A stretch of DNA of 63,078 nt, filler included, from Octopus bimaculoides (taxonomy: Eukaryota), in NCBI RefSeq assembly GCF_001194135.2. It is 5 parts of 5 records of this genome, joined end to end, with 100 filler letters (N's around TTAATTAATTAA, not from the genome) between each part and the next. Parts side by side here need not be neighbours in the genome. Positions count along the whole stretch, not along the records: positions 45,155 to 58,188 come from NC_068993.1; positions 58,289 to 63,078 come from NC_068990.1; 3 more parts are not named here. One strand, written 5' to 3'. Positions 51,360-63,078 of the stretch are shown in pieces. A model generated the notes under the pieces. It made no database searches, was not told where the DNA came from, and saw nothing but the letters and a program-made list of their open reading frames with translations. Position numbers and translations under genes: made by a program. Position 1 is the first letter of the stretch. Each line of letters begins with the position of its first letter.

Positions 51360-52559
51360 TGATGATAATAATAATAATACCTTATTTACTCGACGCCGTT
51401 AAACGTTATCAAATAACCAGTTAAAAGTCGTTTTAGTTAGATTGATACATATCAATGCGTGTACATCATGCGATACGAACCCTGAAAGCATGAATCGTGA
51501 GGCTGTAAATGTACCTATCTACCTACCCAGATTGCAGCTATTATAGAATGTTTAGCGTAGATAAAAGAATCTATTATTTGAGATTATAATAGACGCGGGA
51601 TTATGAGAGAAAATGAAATAAGATGGTTGAAACAGACTCTAAATATTGAAGCATGTTGTGTTTTAATCGAAGCCGTGGATACAGCAAATTGTTGAAGCAG
51701 AAGAGATATTCAGGGTGACCATTAGCTAAATAATTTTCAAGGTGGTTTCGTAGCATCTCATCTTCAGATTCAATTACGAAAATTAAACAGGCTTTGAACA
51801 TTTCCAATTTTCTTTCCTTTGTTAGAGCGCCATTCTGCACACGAAATTCAAATTCTTCGCCTCAAAGCGGACAGAGAGAAACAGATTTGGTTGGAGCACA
51901 GAGAGAAAGACTCGAGTTGTCCGTAAATTGGAAGTTATATATAAAACCACAACAGTCACTCATCAACAATGCTTTATAACTAATAGGGCTAGGCTAATTT
52001 GAATAATGTGACATCATGAAAGAGTCAAAGAATTATTATTCCACAGTCAGAGATGGAGGAGGAAGGAGGCAGGGAGATGAAACGAAAGGCAATAATTGAA
52101 AAGGATGAAAAGGTAAAACGGAATGAAGATGACAAAGGAGTAATAAGAGAACATGAAAATGAAGACATTGAAGTATCTACACTAAACATATTTTCTGGTT
52201 CAAATCCCAGAGGTTTCTTAATCTATGAACGAAGTTCCAACGCTTAAAGCAAAGACGGAGCTTTGTAAATATCACGTGACTGTCAGTGTGAATTTTAAAT
52301 GAATAAATTATACTTGATAGAAAAAAAATGAGATTTTATGTATTTATCGTAATGTAAACGATTTTCAAAAATTCACTTGTTATCAAATCGAAGAGTTCGA
52401 TTGAAGAAGTACCAAACTTTAATCGAACAACCGTATGCGATGGTATCTAAGATACACTTTTCCTCCCCACCCTACCCAAATATAATAAAACATTATTCTG
52501 GGTCCTATATGCGTTGTCGCTTTAAATATTGGTTTCAAATTAAATTTAAGTATTGGTTT

Positions 52560-52745
52560 AAAATTTTGGCACAAGGCCAGTAATTTCGGGGAATGAGAGT
52601 AAGTCGATTACATCCACCACAGTAAGGAATGAAAGGTAAAGTCGACCTCGGCGGAATCTGAACTCTGAACGTAAAGATGGACGAAATGCCGCTAAGCATT
52701 TTATCCAGCATGCTAACGTTTCTACCAACTCATCGTCCTCAAGTC
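52560..52745 (-). mobile_element. SINE family B
   Basis: gtaaagtcgacctcggcggaatctgaactctgaacgtaaag…gcatgctaacgtttctaccaactc. Confidence 0.75.
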
Positions 52746-53002
52746 GCTTTAAATATTACATGCACTAAAAACTTTTTTCCTCTGGATTTGCACTGGTGAA
52801 ACGGCTGTGTCTAATACGTCCATCCAAATTTTATGCAATCAAATGCGGTCATTTATCAACCGTTCAATATTTGTTAGTTAAATTCGTCTAATTACGGTTT
52901 ATATTTTACTGACCAATCTATGTTGATTGGAATATAGATTTACTGAACATCTCTACGGACTAAGCGACATTTTTGACGAAGTGGTTTTACTGATCTGTCT
53001 AT

Positions 53003-53044
<42 letters not shown>

Positions 53045-53097
53045 NNNNNNNNNNNNNNNNNNNNNNNNNNNNNNNNNNNNNNNNNNNNNNNNNNNNN

Positions 53098-53134
<37 letters not shown>

Positions 53135-53146
53135 CTGCCTGTCTAC

Positions 53147-53213
<67 letters not shown>

Positions 53214-53409
53214 GCTATTGGGTAAAGCTTTTATTTCATACATACACACATGTATGCATAGGCAGACGCGCGCGCATATATGTTTGTGTGTATGTGCATG
53301 TGTGTATATATGTGCGAGTGTGTGTACGTGCGCGTGTGCGCGTGCGTGTGTCTATCTATCNNNNNNNNNNTATATATACATATATATATATATATATACA
53401 TATATAAAT

Positions 53410-53610
53410 AAGCCGAGCTGGCAGAATCGTTTGCACTCCAAGCATAATGCTTAGCGGCATTTCGCCCCTCTTTATGTTCTGAGTGCAAATTCCGACGACA
53501 TTGACATAACCTTTAATTCTCTTAGTAACCGTTTAGCACTAAGGTCGATCTAATCGACTTATCTCCTTCTCCCGAAATTACTGGCCTTGTGTCAAAATTT
53601 GAAATATTAT
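53410..53610 (+). mobile_element. SINE family B (tail type 2), diverged
   Basis: gagctggcagaatcgtt…gcttagcggcatttcg…ggccttgtgtcaaaatttgaa. Confidence 0.7.
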
Positions 53611-54626
53611 AGATATATGTGAAACGAAATGGTTGCTACCTAGAATCGAAACCATATCATTGAATTATGTTGTTTAGAGGGAGAGAGAAAAGCGAGAGAG
53701 GGAGAGAAAGAGAGGAAGAGCTATGTTCTAGTCCGAGATGATTGTGTATGAAAATGGCAGAAAATTAGTGACATTCCCATTATCTATCGTATTTCCACTA
53801 CAACCGTTTAAAACATATGAAATACACTCATTTTATTGTTGATGTTGTTTCTTCTTTATAAATTAATCCAGCTCTGTTTTTCAACTTTGGCCGTATTTAA
53901 CGAGCTTAGCACAAAACAAATAAACGAATAAAAGCGCCATTCTTTTCTTTTAATTCTTTTTTATTAATTAGTCGGCGAAGGAGGAGAATGAGAAAGAGTG
54001 CGATGAGCAGCGTTAATGGTTTTTATAGTCCCTCCCAGACTGGGGAGATTCTGGTCTCATGCCAGCAAATGCAATAACTAAAGGAGAAAAAAAAAATTTC
54101 CATGTCTGAAGAATTCATAAAACTACTTCCGGTTTGAGGTCAGCAGGGGATACTTACGTATTTGTGTCTGGCTTTATGGTAAAGTTGAGGAATTACAATC
54201 AAGGAAATAATAGAAATGGAAACTTAGGGGTTGTTTGGCGTTGCAAATTGATTGGGGTTGAGGTCAAAGGTAAGAATGAGGTTTGAGAATGGTGATTAAA
54301 GACAAAGCAAAGAATTACGTATTTAGACGTCTGGAAGCGGATGAAGGAAATGGATGGCAGATAGCTGGTGGATGATAAAATTGGCTTGAGTGACAAATAC
54401 ACTGCTTTGCTATAGTCATATATGAACCTTTACATTCTGAGTTCAAATCCTCTAAAGGCGGCTCTGGTTTTATCCTTCCGCTGTCAATATTAATCGATGA
54501 GAACTCTCGCTTACCAACATTTTAATACATGTGTTTTGGAAGAATTGGTAGAATTTCCATAATTATATACACACACAAGAGCCATAATTATATACACACA
54601 CAAGATCTATAATTATATACACACAC

Positions 54627-54861
54627 AAGGTGGCGAGCTGGCAGAAACGTTAGCACGCCGGGCGAAATGCTTAGCAGTATTTCGTCTGTCGCTACGTTCT
54701 GTGTTCAAATTCCGCCGAGGTCGACTTTGCCTTTCATCCTTTCGGGGTCGATTAAATAAGTACCAGTTACGCACTGGGGTCGATATAATCGACTTAATCC
54801 GTTTGTCTGTCCTTGTTTTCCCCCTCTGTGTATAGCCCCTTGTGGGCAGTAAAGAAATAAG
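54627..54861 (+). mobile_element. Full-length SINE family B (tail type 1) with 18-bp TSD
   Basis: A box ggcgagctggc, B box gttcaaattcc; TSD aagaattggtagaatttc at 54540-54557 and 54859-54876. Confidence 0.92.
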
Positions 54862-55149
54862 AATTGGTAGAATTTCAACTAACATTCTGTCTATTCTGTC
54901 AAGCGCCTTGCAATATATAATTTGGTCTTTTTATCCTCTGAGATCGAATTAGTGCCTGAACACGATTAGGTTCATGCACTACACACCAAGCGATAGATTG
55001 ATTCTGCAGCGTGTGGAAAAACAAAATGAAGATTACAGAGGTATTGGGGAAGATGTCGATCCAGAGTCGATTTTAAATTTTGTTAAATAGCGAGGGAAGC
55101 ATGAGTGACACGATTGAGATGCAGGAACCGACATTCCATCCATGACAGA

Positions 55150-55740
55150 CTCTAAACATTAACCTTAACTTCTAATCCTAAACTTAAACATGACTCCTTA
55201 AATTTATTCCTAACTTTCAACTCTAAACAATAATCTTAAACGGAAACCTAAGTCTTAAAAATCTAGAGCCAAATCTAACCCAGCCCCAAACCCTAGAGCT
55301 GCCCCTAAATCCTAACCCTTTAAAACCTAAACTTTAAACCTAACTTCTGACCTGAAACTTATCGTTGAACCTTTACTCTCAATCAAAACTTAACCCAACC
55401 CTAAGTAGTGTCTCGTGTCCCAGGGCTCATAGGAAAGGTTACCTGTTTTCCATGGGCCATAAGATTCCCCCCGAAAAGTACACCCGTACGGCTCAGGACT
55501 CTTTTGCAGTTGAGTAGACTGGACCAACGTGAAACGAAATGTTTTTTTCGAGAACTCAACGCACCGCCCGGTTCGGGAATCGAAACCACAATCTTGAGAT
55601 CGTTAGTGCAGTACTCTCACCACAAGGCCACGCACCTTCCCTTCGCGACCTAGGCCTTAACTCTAAATTGTTACCACTGAACAATAACCATATCTTCGAA
55701 CCCTAAATGCAAACCTGACCCTAATCACAACCGAAGCCTT
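55150..55740 (+). repeat. Degenerate (CCCTAA)-like tract interrupted by a tRNA-SINE (55405-55640, minus)
   Basis: Many cctaa/cttaa/ccctaa variants on both sides of a SINE with head ggaaggtgcgtggccttgtgg…ggtttcgattcccg. Confidence 0.6.
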
Positions 55741-55776
55741 TGTATTCAATTTTAAGGAATATGATTGCATGCACTC

Positions 55777-55790
55777 CTGCGCATGCGCAG
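55777..55790. promoter_or_regulatory. Perfect palindrome ctgcgcatgcgcag (NRF1/Ewg-type consensus)
   Basis: Matches TGCGCATGCGCA; function unverified and may be part of a repeat. Confidence 0.3.
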
Positions 55791-56223
55791 AAAAGATGTT
55801 TTTGCTTTGAACCATAATATACGAGATACCTGTGTATAATCCATTTGTTATTTTGTCTACACTGTAATGTATCTAGTGCGGCGCTCCACTGCTTCTGTCG
55901 TTACACAATCTTCCATTTAACGGCAATACTGTCATTTCAAAGTGAACAGCAGGGGAGTAGTGGTGGGAGGGTCCCGGATCTCAGAGCAAATTGAAGCATT
56001 GTATGCAGAGAGAGTATCAAAGATGATACTGGCTGTAAGCATATATGTGTGCGCGTGTGTGTGTGCATGTGTGTGTATATATATATATATATATATANNN
56101 NNNNNNNNNNNNNNNNNNNNNNNNNNNNNNNNNNNNNNNNNNNNNNNNNNNNNNNNNNNNNNNNNNNNNNNNNNNNNNNNNNNNNNNNNNNNNNNNNNNN
56201 NNNNNNNNNNNNNNNNNNNNNNN

Positions 56224-56645
56224 ACGTACCTACCTTCTTACCTATCTACCTACCTACCTACCTACTTACCAACATACATACATACATACATACATACATA
56301 CACATACACACATACATACATACATATATACATGCATACATACATACATAAACACATACATACATACACATACACACATACATACATACATGCATACACA
56401 CATACATACCTACGTACACACATACACACATGCATACATACATAAATACACAGACTCACATACATACATACATACATACATGCATACATACATACATACA
56501 CTGATTCATACATCCATCCATCCATCCATACATACATACATACACACACACACATACATACATACATACATACATACATGCACACATACATCCATCCATC
56601 CATCCATACATACATGCATACATGCACACATACATACATACATGC
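56224..56645 (+). repeat. Compound (TACC)/(TACA)/(TCCA)n microsatellite
   Basis: Directly visible; one of dozens of TA/CA/GA/TATC/AAT microsatellites, many flanking gaps. Confidence 0.95.
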
Positions 56646-56836
56646 ACAGTATGTGTCTTTGTTCTGCTGAAACAGAGGCAACTGGTACAACACAACAACG
56701 GTAGCAGCAGTAGCAGCAGTAGCAGCAGTAGTAATAACAGCAAAATCACGAGTATCAACGTTGTAATCTAATGAAAACTTCTGCCAACTTTCTTTCGTCA
56801 AAGAAATCTAAACGGAAGACATTACACCGCCACCTT

Positions 56837-56876
<40 letters not shown>

Positions 56877-56910
56877 TTCTCTCCCTCTTTCTCTTTATCT
56901 ATCTATCTAA

Positions 56911-56960
<50 letters not shown>

Positions 56961-57106
56961 GTCTATCTATCTATCTACCTCCTTCATTTCATTCTTTCTT
57001 GCTTGCTTTATTTGTATCCCTGTCTTTCGGTCTTTTTTCTTCCTTCCTTCCTTTTTCTCTTTTCTTTCATTCTCTGGTTCTCCGCTTGTTTTTCCTTCCT
57101 TCTTAC

Positions 57107-57164
<58 letters not shown>

Positions 57165-57790
57165 GCTTTTCTTTCTTTCCCTCTCTCTCTCTCTCTCTCT
57201 GTTATCTCAACTTTCTTTTCTCCTCCCACTCACGCTCTTCCACCCTCCCTTTCTTCGGTGTAAACCCCCTCCCGCCCCACATTCCCATCACACGTCCACA
57301 CAGTCCCATATGCAAACAGACGTAGGAAGCTGTTAACAAACCAGTATTAAATACAAGATAGAGATTGTGTGAAATAAATAGTGGCATTGTTTGCCGGGAC
57401 GAGAAATTAAATAAATAAGGCATAAATAAATAAACAAATAAATAAACAGATAAATAAATAAATAAATAAATAAATAAATAGATAAATAAATAAATAAATA
57501 AATAGCAGTGATTAGCTTCTGTACCTATGATCCTCTTTAGTATCGATTCGAAAGATGGTAACACCGACGAAGAAGACGGTGATGATAATGAGTATGACGA
57601 CGACGAAGATGATTAATATAACGATGATGATGATGATGATGCTGGAGAAGTGATGGATAACGATAATGAGAAGGATTAAGATGATTACACACACATATAC
57701 ACTCATACATACATACACACACATGCTCACACACATATATACACACACTCACACAATCATATGTGTGTGTGTGTGCATGTGTTGTGTGTC

Positions 57791-57822
<32 letters not shown>

Positions 57823-57829
57823 CTCTTTT

Positions 57830-58188
57830 CTACTTTAGGCACAACCCCCTGAAAGTTTGAGGAACGGCGCCAGTCGATTAGATCAACCCCAGTACGCAAC
57901 TGGTATTTAATTTATCGACCCCGAAAGGATGAAAGGCAAAGTCGACCTTGGCGGAATTTGAACTCAGAACGTAAAGTCAGACGAAATAACGCTAAACATT
58001 TCGCCCGGCGTGCTAACATTTCTTATTTCTTTGTTGACCACAAGGGGCTAAACATAGAAAGGACAAACAAGGACAGACAAAGGGATTAAGTCGATTACAT
58101 TGACCCCAGTGCGTAACTGGTACTTAATTTATCGACCCCCAAAAGGATGAAAGGTAAAGTCAACCTTGACGGAATTTGAACCCAGAAT
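57830..58188 (-). mobile_element. Two tandem SINE family B copies (tail 2 at 57830-58020; tail 1 at 58021-58188)
   Basis: Same core, different 3' tails. Confidence 0.85.
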
Positions 58189-58288
58189 NNNNNNNNNNNN
58201 NNNNNNNNNNNNNNNNNNNNNNNNNNNNNNNNTTAATTAATTAANNNNNNNNNNNNNNNNNNNNNNNNNNNNNNNNNNNNNNNNNNNN

Positions 58289-58321
<33 letters not shown>

Positions 58322-58619
58322 CATACATACATATATATATATGATACTCGATTAAACGCATCTCCTCTAGCTCTTGATATCTTCTATCTATTGTGTTCGT
58401 TGCCTGTTTCTTAGTCTACTGTTTCTCTTTCTCACTTTCTCTCCCTTCCTCACGCTCTCTTTCTCTCCTCTTCCCTCTGCTATCTGCTACTGTCTGTTGC
58501 CTTCTCTCTCTCCTCGTGTGTGTGTGTGTCTCTCTCTCTCTCTCTCTGCTCTTTGCCACTTTTCTCCCTCCTACTACTGACACGTGACGAGGCGGTCTCC
58601 TTTTCCTCTATTTCTCTTT

Positions 58620-59100
58620 CTCCTTTTCTTTTCATACGGTGCTTGATGTTCTGTTCATGCTTCTTGGTTTCACAGGATTCGCATAGTGGGGACACGTTGT
58701 GCTTTATCCTAACGAGGTCTGCTATGAATATGTTGATTTTCATGTAACAGGAATAGAGGAGCTGCACTCTGTTGTACACAGTCTCTAACCAAAGCTCAGT
58801 ATCAAGGGCAGAGAGTCTATTGTGAGTGTGCCTAGTGGGGTAATCTATAGTTACCTTGATACTTTGTTGGATGATGTTAGCGACATGCTGAATTGTCTCC
58901 ATTATGCTCCTCTCGGTTTCTACACTACAGTTACTAGCGTCTGTCCTAACTAGAATGTCAATATCATCTACATACCTACAGTGAAGTAAAACAGTAGCGG
59001 ATTGTTTTGCTAAGGATTCTTTCAGTTTTCTGTTTCACCAAGTCATGAAGAAGCCGGCCTCATCTCTAGCCACACCGACACCAATGGCTGCACCGTGAAC
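58620..59100 (-). mobile_element. Penelope-like RT fragment, third lineage
   Basis: GAAIGVGVA…FMTW*NRKLK…RYVDDI…IQHVANIIQQSIKVTIDYP…RLSALDTELW…NIFIADLVRI…NVSPLC. Confidence 0.8.
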
Positions 59101-59123
59101 GTGTATGTATAGTTTCTTGTTAG

Positions 59124-59175
<52 letters not shown>

Positions 59176-59291
59176 ATGAATGTAAGTATTAATGCTTCAT
59201 ACAGCAGAAAGAGCTATAAAGTGTTTACGTAATTCCTGTTTTATTCGTTTCTTCATTTATATATATACATGTACACGCACACATCTATGTT

Positions 59292-59332
<41 letters not shown>

Positions 59333-60640
59333 CTACAATATATATACATTCATATACGTGTGTGGGGGGGGGTGCAAACGTGCAGTATGATTAGGTCCGT
59401 ACCCTTCCTAGATATCAATTTGAGTAACTAAACACATTCATGTTAAACAAACAATTGAAATATTATATTCTAAATATTGATATAAGCTGAGGTCTTGAAG
59501 CATAAACCAATATGTCATTGAAATAATGATGTTATTTATGTAAATTATTGATCCCGGTAATTGGGCACAAATTCAAAGATGTTCTGGTTTCGTTGATACA
59601 GAGTCAATATAAATTGCTCCAATACATGTGAATTATATATTTTATGAAAATATTGAACAAGCTTTGAATCATATTCCCAATATCGATTTAATAATATATA
59701 TTATATGTAAATATTTATTACACATGCGGAAAATGATATCTACTTTTGCCATATACCTACAAAACTTTAAGATTCATGTGCAGTCAATAGACTAGATATT
59801 GTCAAGTGTTTATTTCGTTAAACGTTGATGCATGAAACGAAAGAATTTCAATTGGGAAAGTGAAAGAATGTAGAAAATGGCTGAAATATAACTTTTTCAG
59901 ATAAATTCATTCGTATTTCCTTTCTTGCTTGTTATTTAAAACATTTTTTATCGTAATGTTTTTAAGTTTCTTCTTTTCTTTCTTTTTATTTTTGTGTAGA
60001 TGCTCTTCGAAATTGAATGAATATTATATCGCTTCAGACATGATGATGGAGTGCCATGGAGATAAAAAAATAATGAACGAAAGAATTTATCTGAAAACCC
60101 AATAGAATAGTGATTGCTGCCATCCTGCCTGTTGACACAGAAATCACTGGAACAATGCCAGACACTCTACTGCCTCATGATACACTGCATTACTCTCCCT
60201 CTCGTACAATACTTGTTAGCACAGCATTATAATGAAATAAAGACTACAGCACTCTTTGCAGTAGAAAACTGTGTAGAAGTGTTCTAATGTCGTACAGCAT
60301 TATACGTTATATTACCAGCTTACACAATAACATGAAATTCATAAACTATTCTACAATAAGATCCCTTGTATGGTAATACATAGCGCAACATTTTCTAAAC
60401 TACATATCACTATATTGCGCAACACTATACTTCCGATAATATATTATTGTACTGCAGTAGAATTCCTACAGTTTATTAAATGCTGTTATTTCGTACTAGA
60501 CAGCACTGAATCTTAAACTGTACTGGACTGCTTGGGACGGCTTTAAAGAACATCATGCACGACACTGCGCTGTCAAACACAAGGGATCCCAATGTTGATC
60601 ACGCTAATGTTACATTAAAGGTTTCCATTCTAAAAAAAAG

Positions 60641-60922
60641 GAGCACTCCGTCGGTTACGACGACGATGGTCCCAGCTGATACGATCAACGGAACAGCTTG
60701 CTCGTGAATTTAGCGTGCAAGTGGCTGAGCGCTCCACAGACACGTCTACCCTTAACGTAGTTCTGAGGGAGATTCAGCGTGACACAGACTGTGACAAAGC
60801 TGGCCCTTTGAAATACAGGTACAACTCATTTTTGCCAGCTGAGTAGAATGGACATCGCTGGTAATTGAACTCACGACCGTACAATCATGTGTCGAATGCT
60901 CTAACCACTAAGCCACGCGCCT
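60641..60922 (-). mobile_element. tRNA-derived SINE family C
   Basis: Minus head aggcgcgtggcttagtggttagagc…gagttcaattacc; tail gtcgtcgtaaccgacggagtgc. Confidence 0.85.
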
Positions 60923-61312
60923 TTACAAAGGTTTGCTTTACACAGTGATGTATTGTATTACGTGATAAATACGCCACTGCAGGACAAGGCACACAACTTG
61001 TTCTCTACTTCGCTACACAGCATAAAGTAATATAAAAGTATCCTTTTATTTTCTGTCTATCAACGCATCAGATCTTGAATTGAACTACATACATTTACAT
61101 CGAGGATTTCAAATTCTTTCAAATCTATTTTGGGTTTCATTCTTTAGACCTTCGTCAAATTGTTGCACGATAATAGAGTTGACTTGAATTATTGAATGCC
61201 GACGTCTATTGTCTCCTGTCAATCTAGATATCTAAGCATTAACGTTTGCATGATTGAATATAACATATGGGCAACCATTGCTCTGTAATAAGAAGCTTGT
61301 TTCTCAATAATA

Positions 61313-61410
61313 AGGTGTGACATCTTGGACAACTCTCTTCTACTATAGCCTTGAGCCGACTAAAACCTTATGAGTGGACTTCGTAGACGGAAACTGAATG
61401 AAGCCTGTCG

Positions 61411-61460
<50 letters not shown>

Positions 61461-61655
61461 ACTACCGTTTCACAATCGGTGTTCTTGTGTTTGTGTCCCC
61501 GTAACCTAGCGGTACGGCAAAACACTCATAGAATACGTATCATGCTTTACAAAAGAATAAGCATTAGAGTCGATTTGTTCGACTAAAACGTATTTAAAGT
61601 GGTGCCCAAACATGGCCAGTCTCTAAAGGATGAAACAAAAAAGTAGTAAAAGACA
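61313..61655 (+). mobile_element. SINE family A, 5'-truncated
   Basis: ctactatagcc…gtagacggaaactga, (TA)(TG)n, gtccccgtaacctagcgg…catggcc. Confidence 0.8.
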
Positions 61656-62762
61656 AAAGATATTGCGACATGATATACATCTTAAAACTATGAGGCTCAG
61701 TACAATGTATTCAGCACGAAGTCTGACCACGTTCTCACCTCAGCTCAAATCATTGTCCACGTTACATTCCATACACAAGCTAGTCCAAGGGACAATAAAG
61801 TCAGTCCCGAGCACAAACTAGCATCTAATTATTGTTTGCTAACACTAGCCATCAATGAAGAAAGATTTACGTCATTTCGTGGCAATAAAAATGCACATTA
61901 GCATCAGCCAAACAATAATTAAATTTTCATGATTCGTTTAAAAATACATGACTGCAACATTAATAATATTTTGCCCTTGTTTAGTAATCTTCTGAGTTCA
62001 TAAAATAATATGTAGTGATAGGTTTTATGTGTACACCAAAGAATAATTATCTTACTTTTATCACATGATATCCTTTATGCTTCACCTGACCAAAATGCGG
62101 TCAAGGCCTGCCTAATTCTTAACTTAATTTGTTTTTGTTGATTTTTCATTTTTTCTTACGTGCTAGAACCAGCTATTATGCATCATACTAATTGATCTTT
62201 GTATTTTTTCTTCTGTTTCTCTGAGGATTATGCTTCGTGCTTTGTAAATATTACTGATGTCTTATCTTCGTATCTGTATTTTAGAACAATTTCAAGCAAA
62301 CCCGCAATTATTTTGCTGTATAATAAAACACAGGTCGGATAATGGCATGCGACCTGTCGTACAATGCTCTTAATATTCTCGTGTCCTCTGTTAGCTGCAA
62401 TTCAGATTGCTATTGAAACGCTGACAACATACGTCTCCGATTAGTTTTTGACATTTTGTTTTAGGAAGACAATTTCACAACAGAAACAGAAGAATGAAGA
62501 AAACCGATGACATCCATGAACAAGAACTAAATATTGAGATAAAAGGAAAATGTGATCGAGCAAATGACTTGTGATGTGACGGTTATGTTACAACATAGGA
62601 AACCTTTTCATATCTATCTACCTCTCAAACTGTCTGTCTATCTATCCATCTATCTATCTATCTATCTATCTATCTACGTCTTTATCTATTTATCTGTTTC
62701 TCTCTTTCTCTCTCTCACTATCTATTATATATCCATCTATATCATATATATATATATATACA

Positions 62763-62794
<32 letters not shown>

Positions 62795-62819
62795 TGTGTG
62801 TGTGTGTGTGTGTAAATTT

Positions 62820-63050
62820 TCTTGGCGGTGGGTAGTCGATTACATCGACCCAAGTGTTTTACTGCTATTTAATTTATCGACCCAGAAACGTTTAGTTCAA
62901 ATGCCACCGAGGACGACTTTGCATTTCGGGGTCGATAAATGAAGTACCAGTTGCGTACTGTGGTCGATCTAATCGACTGGTCCCCTCCCCACAAATCTCA
63001 AGCCTTGTGCCTATCGCAGAGAGGATTTTCATTATTATTAATATTATTAT
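62820..63050. mobile_element. SINE family B pieces (short minus piece, then plus 3' half with tail 2)
   Basis: gtcgattacatcgaccc (minus) then gactttgcatttcggggtcgataaat…gccttgtgcctat-(ATT)n. Confidence 0.7.
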
Positions 63051-63078
63051 TATTATTATTCAGTAGTTTTATTTTTAT

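Noticed and set aside
55942-56035. Possible exon RGVVVGGSRISEQIEALYAERVSKMILA|gtaag
   Set aside because: Weak acceptor and no recognisable homology to PECR or other proteins.
19189-58244. Four identical TTAATTAATTAA islands
   Set aside because: Always 44N+12+44N = 100 bp; a six-frame-stop scaffolding linker, not biology.

Overview
AT-rich, gap-ridden eukaryotic scaffold. The SINE/LINE repertoire and microsatellite load look like an octopus (coleoid cephalopod) genome; this is inferred from recall of repeat families, not from a search. Only one host coding exon is recognisable: exon 1 of a PECR-like peroxisomal SDR (28637-28748, +). The rest is microsatellites, N gaps and decayed transposons: DD36E Tc1, DD37D maT, MITEs, a foldback element, a Helitron helicase scrap, RTE, Tx1/L1-clade and R4/Dong-type LINEs, three distinct Penelope-like fragments and many tRNA-derived SINEs. 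The most unusual structure is a 576-bp head-to-head palindromic element (23979-24554). Each arm has a tRNA-derived Pol III head, an (AAT)n spacer and a minimal type I hammerhead ribozyme. The whole dimer is flanked by a single 12-bp target-site duplication, suggesting a Pol III/ribozyme non-autonomous retroelement, possibly Penelope-mobilised. Other points of interest are a SINE sharing its 3' tail with a Tx1 LINE in the window, head-to-head TTAGGG repeats and an RTE 5' inversion. Boundaries of decayed elements are approximate, and no prokaryotic features or CRISPR arrays were seen.
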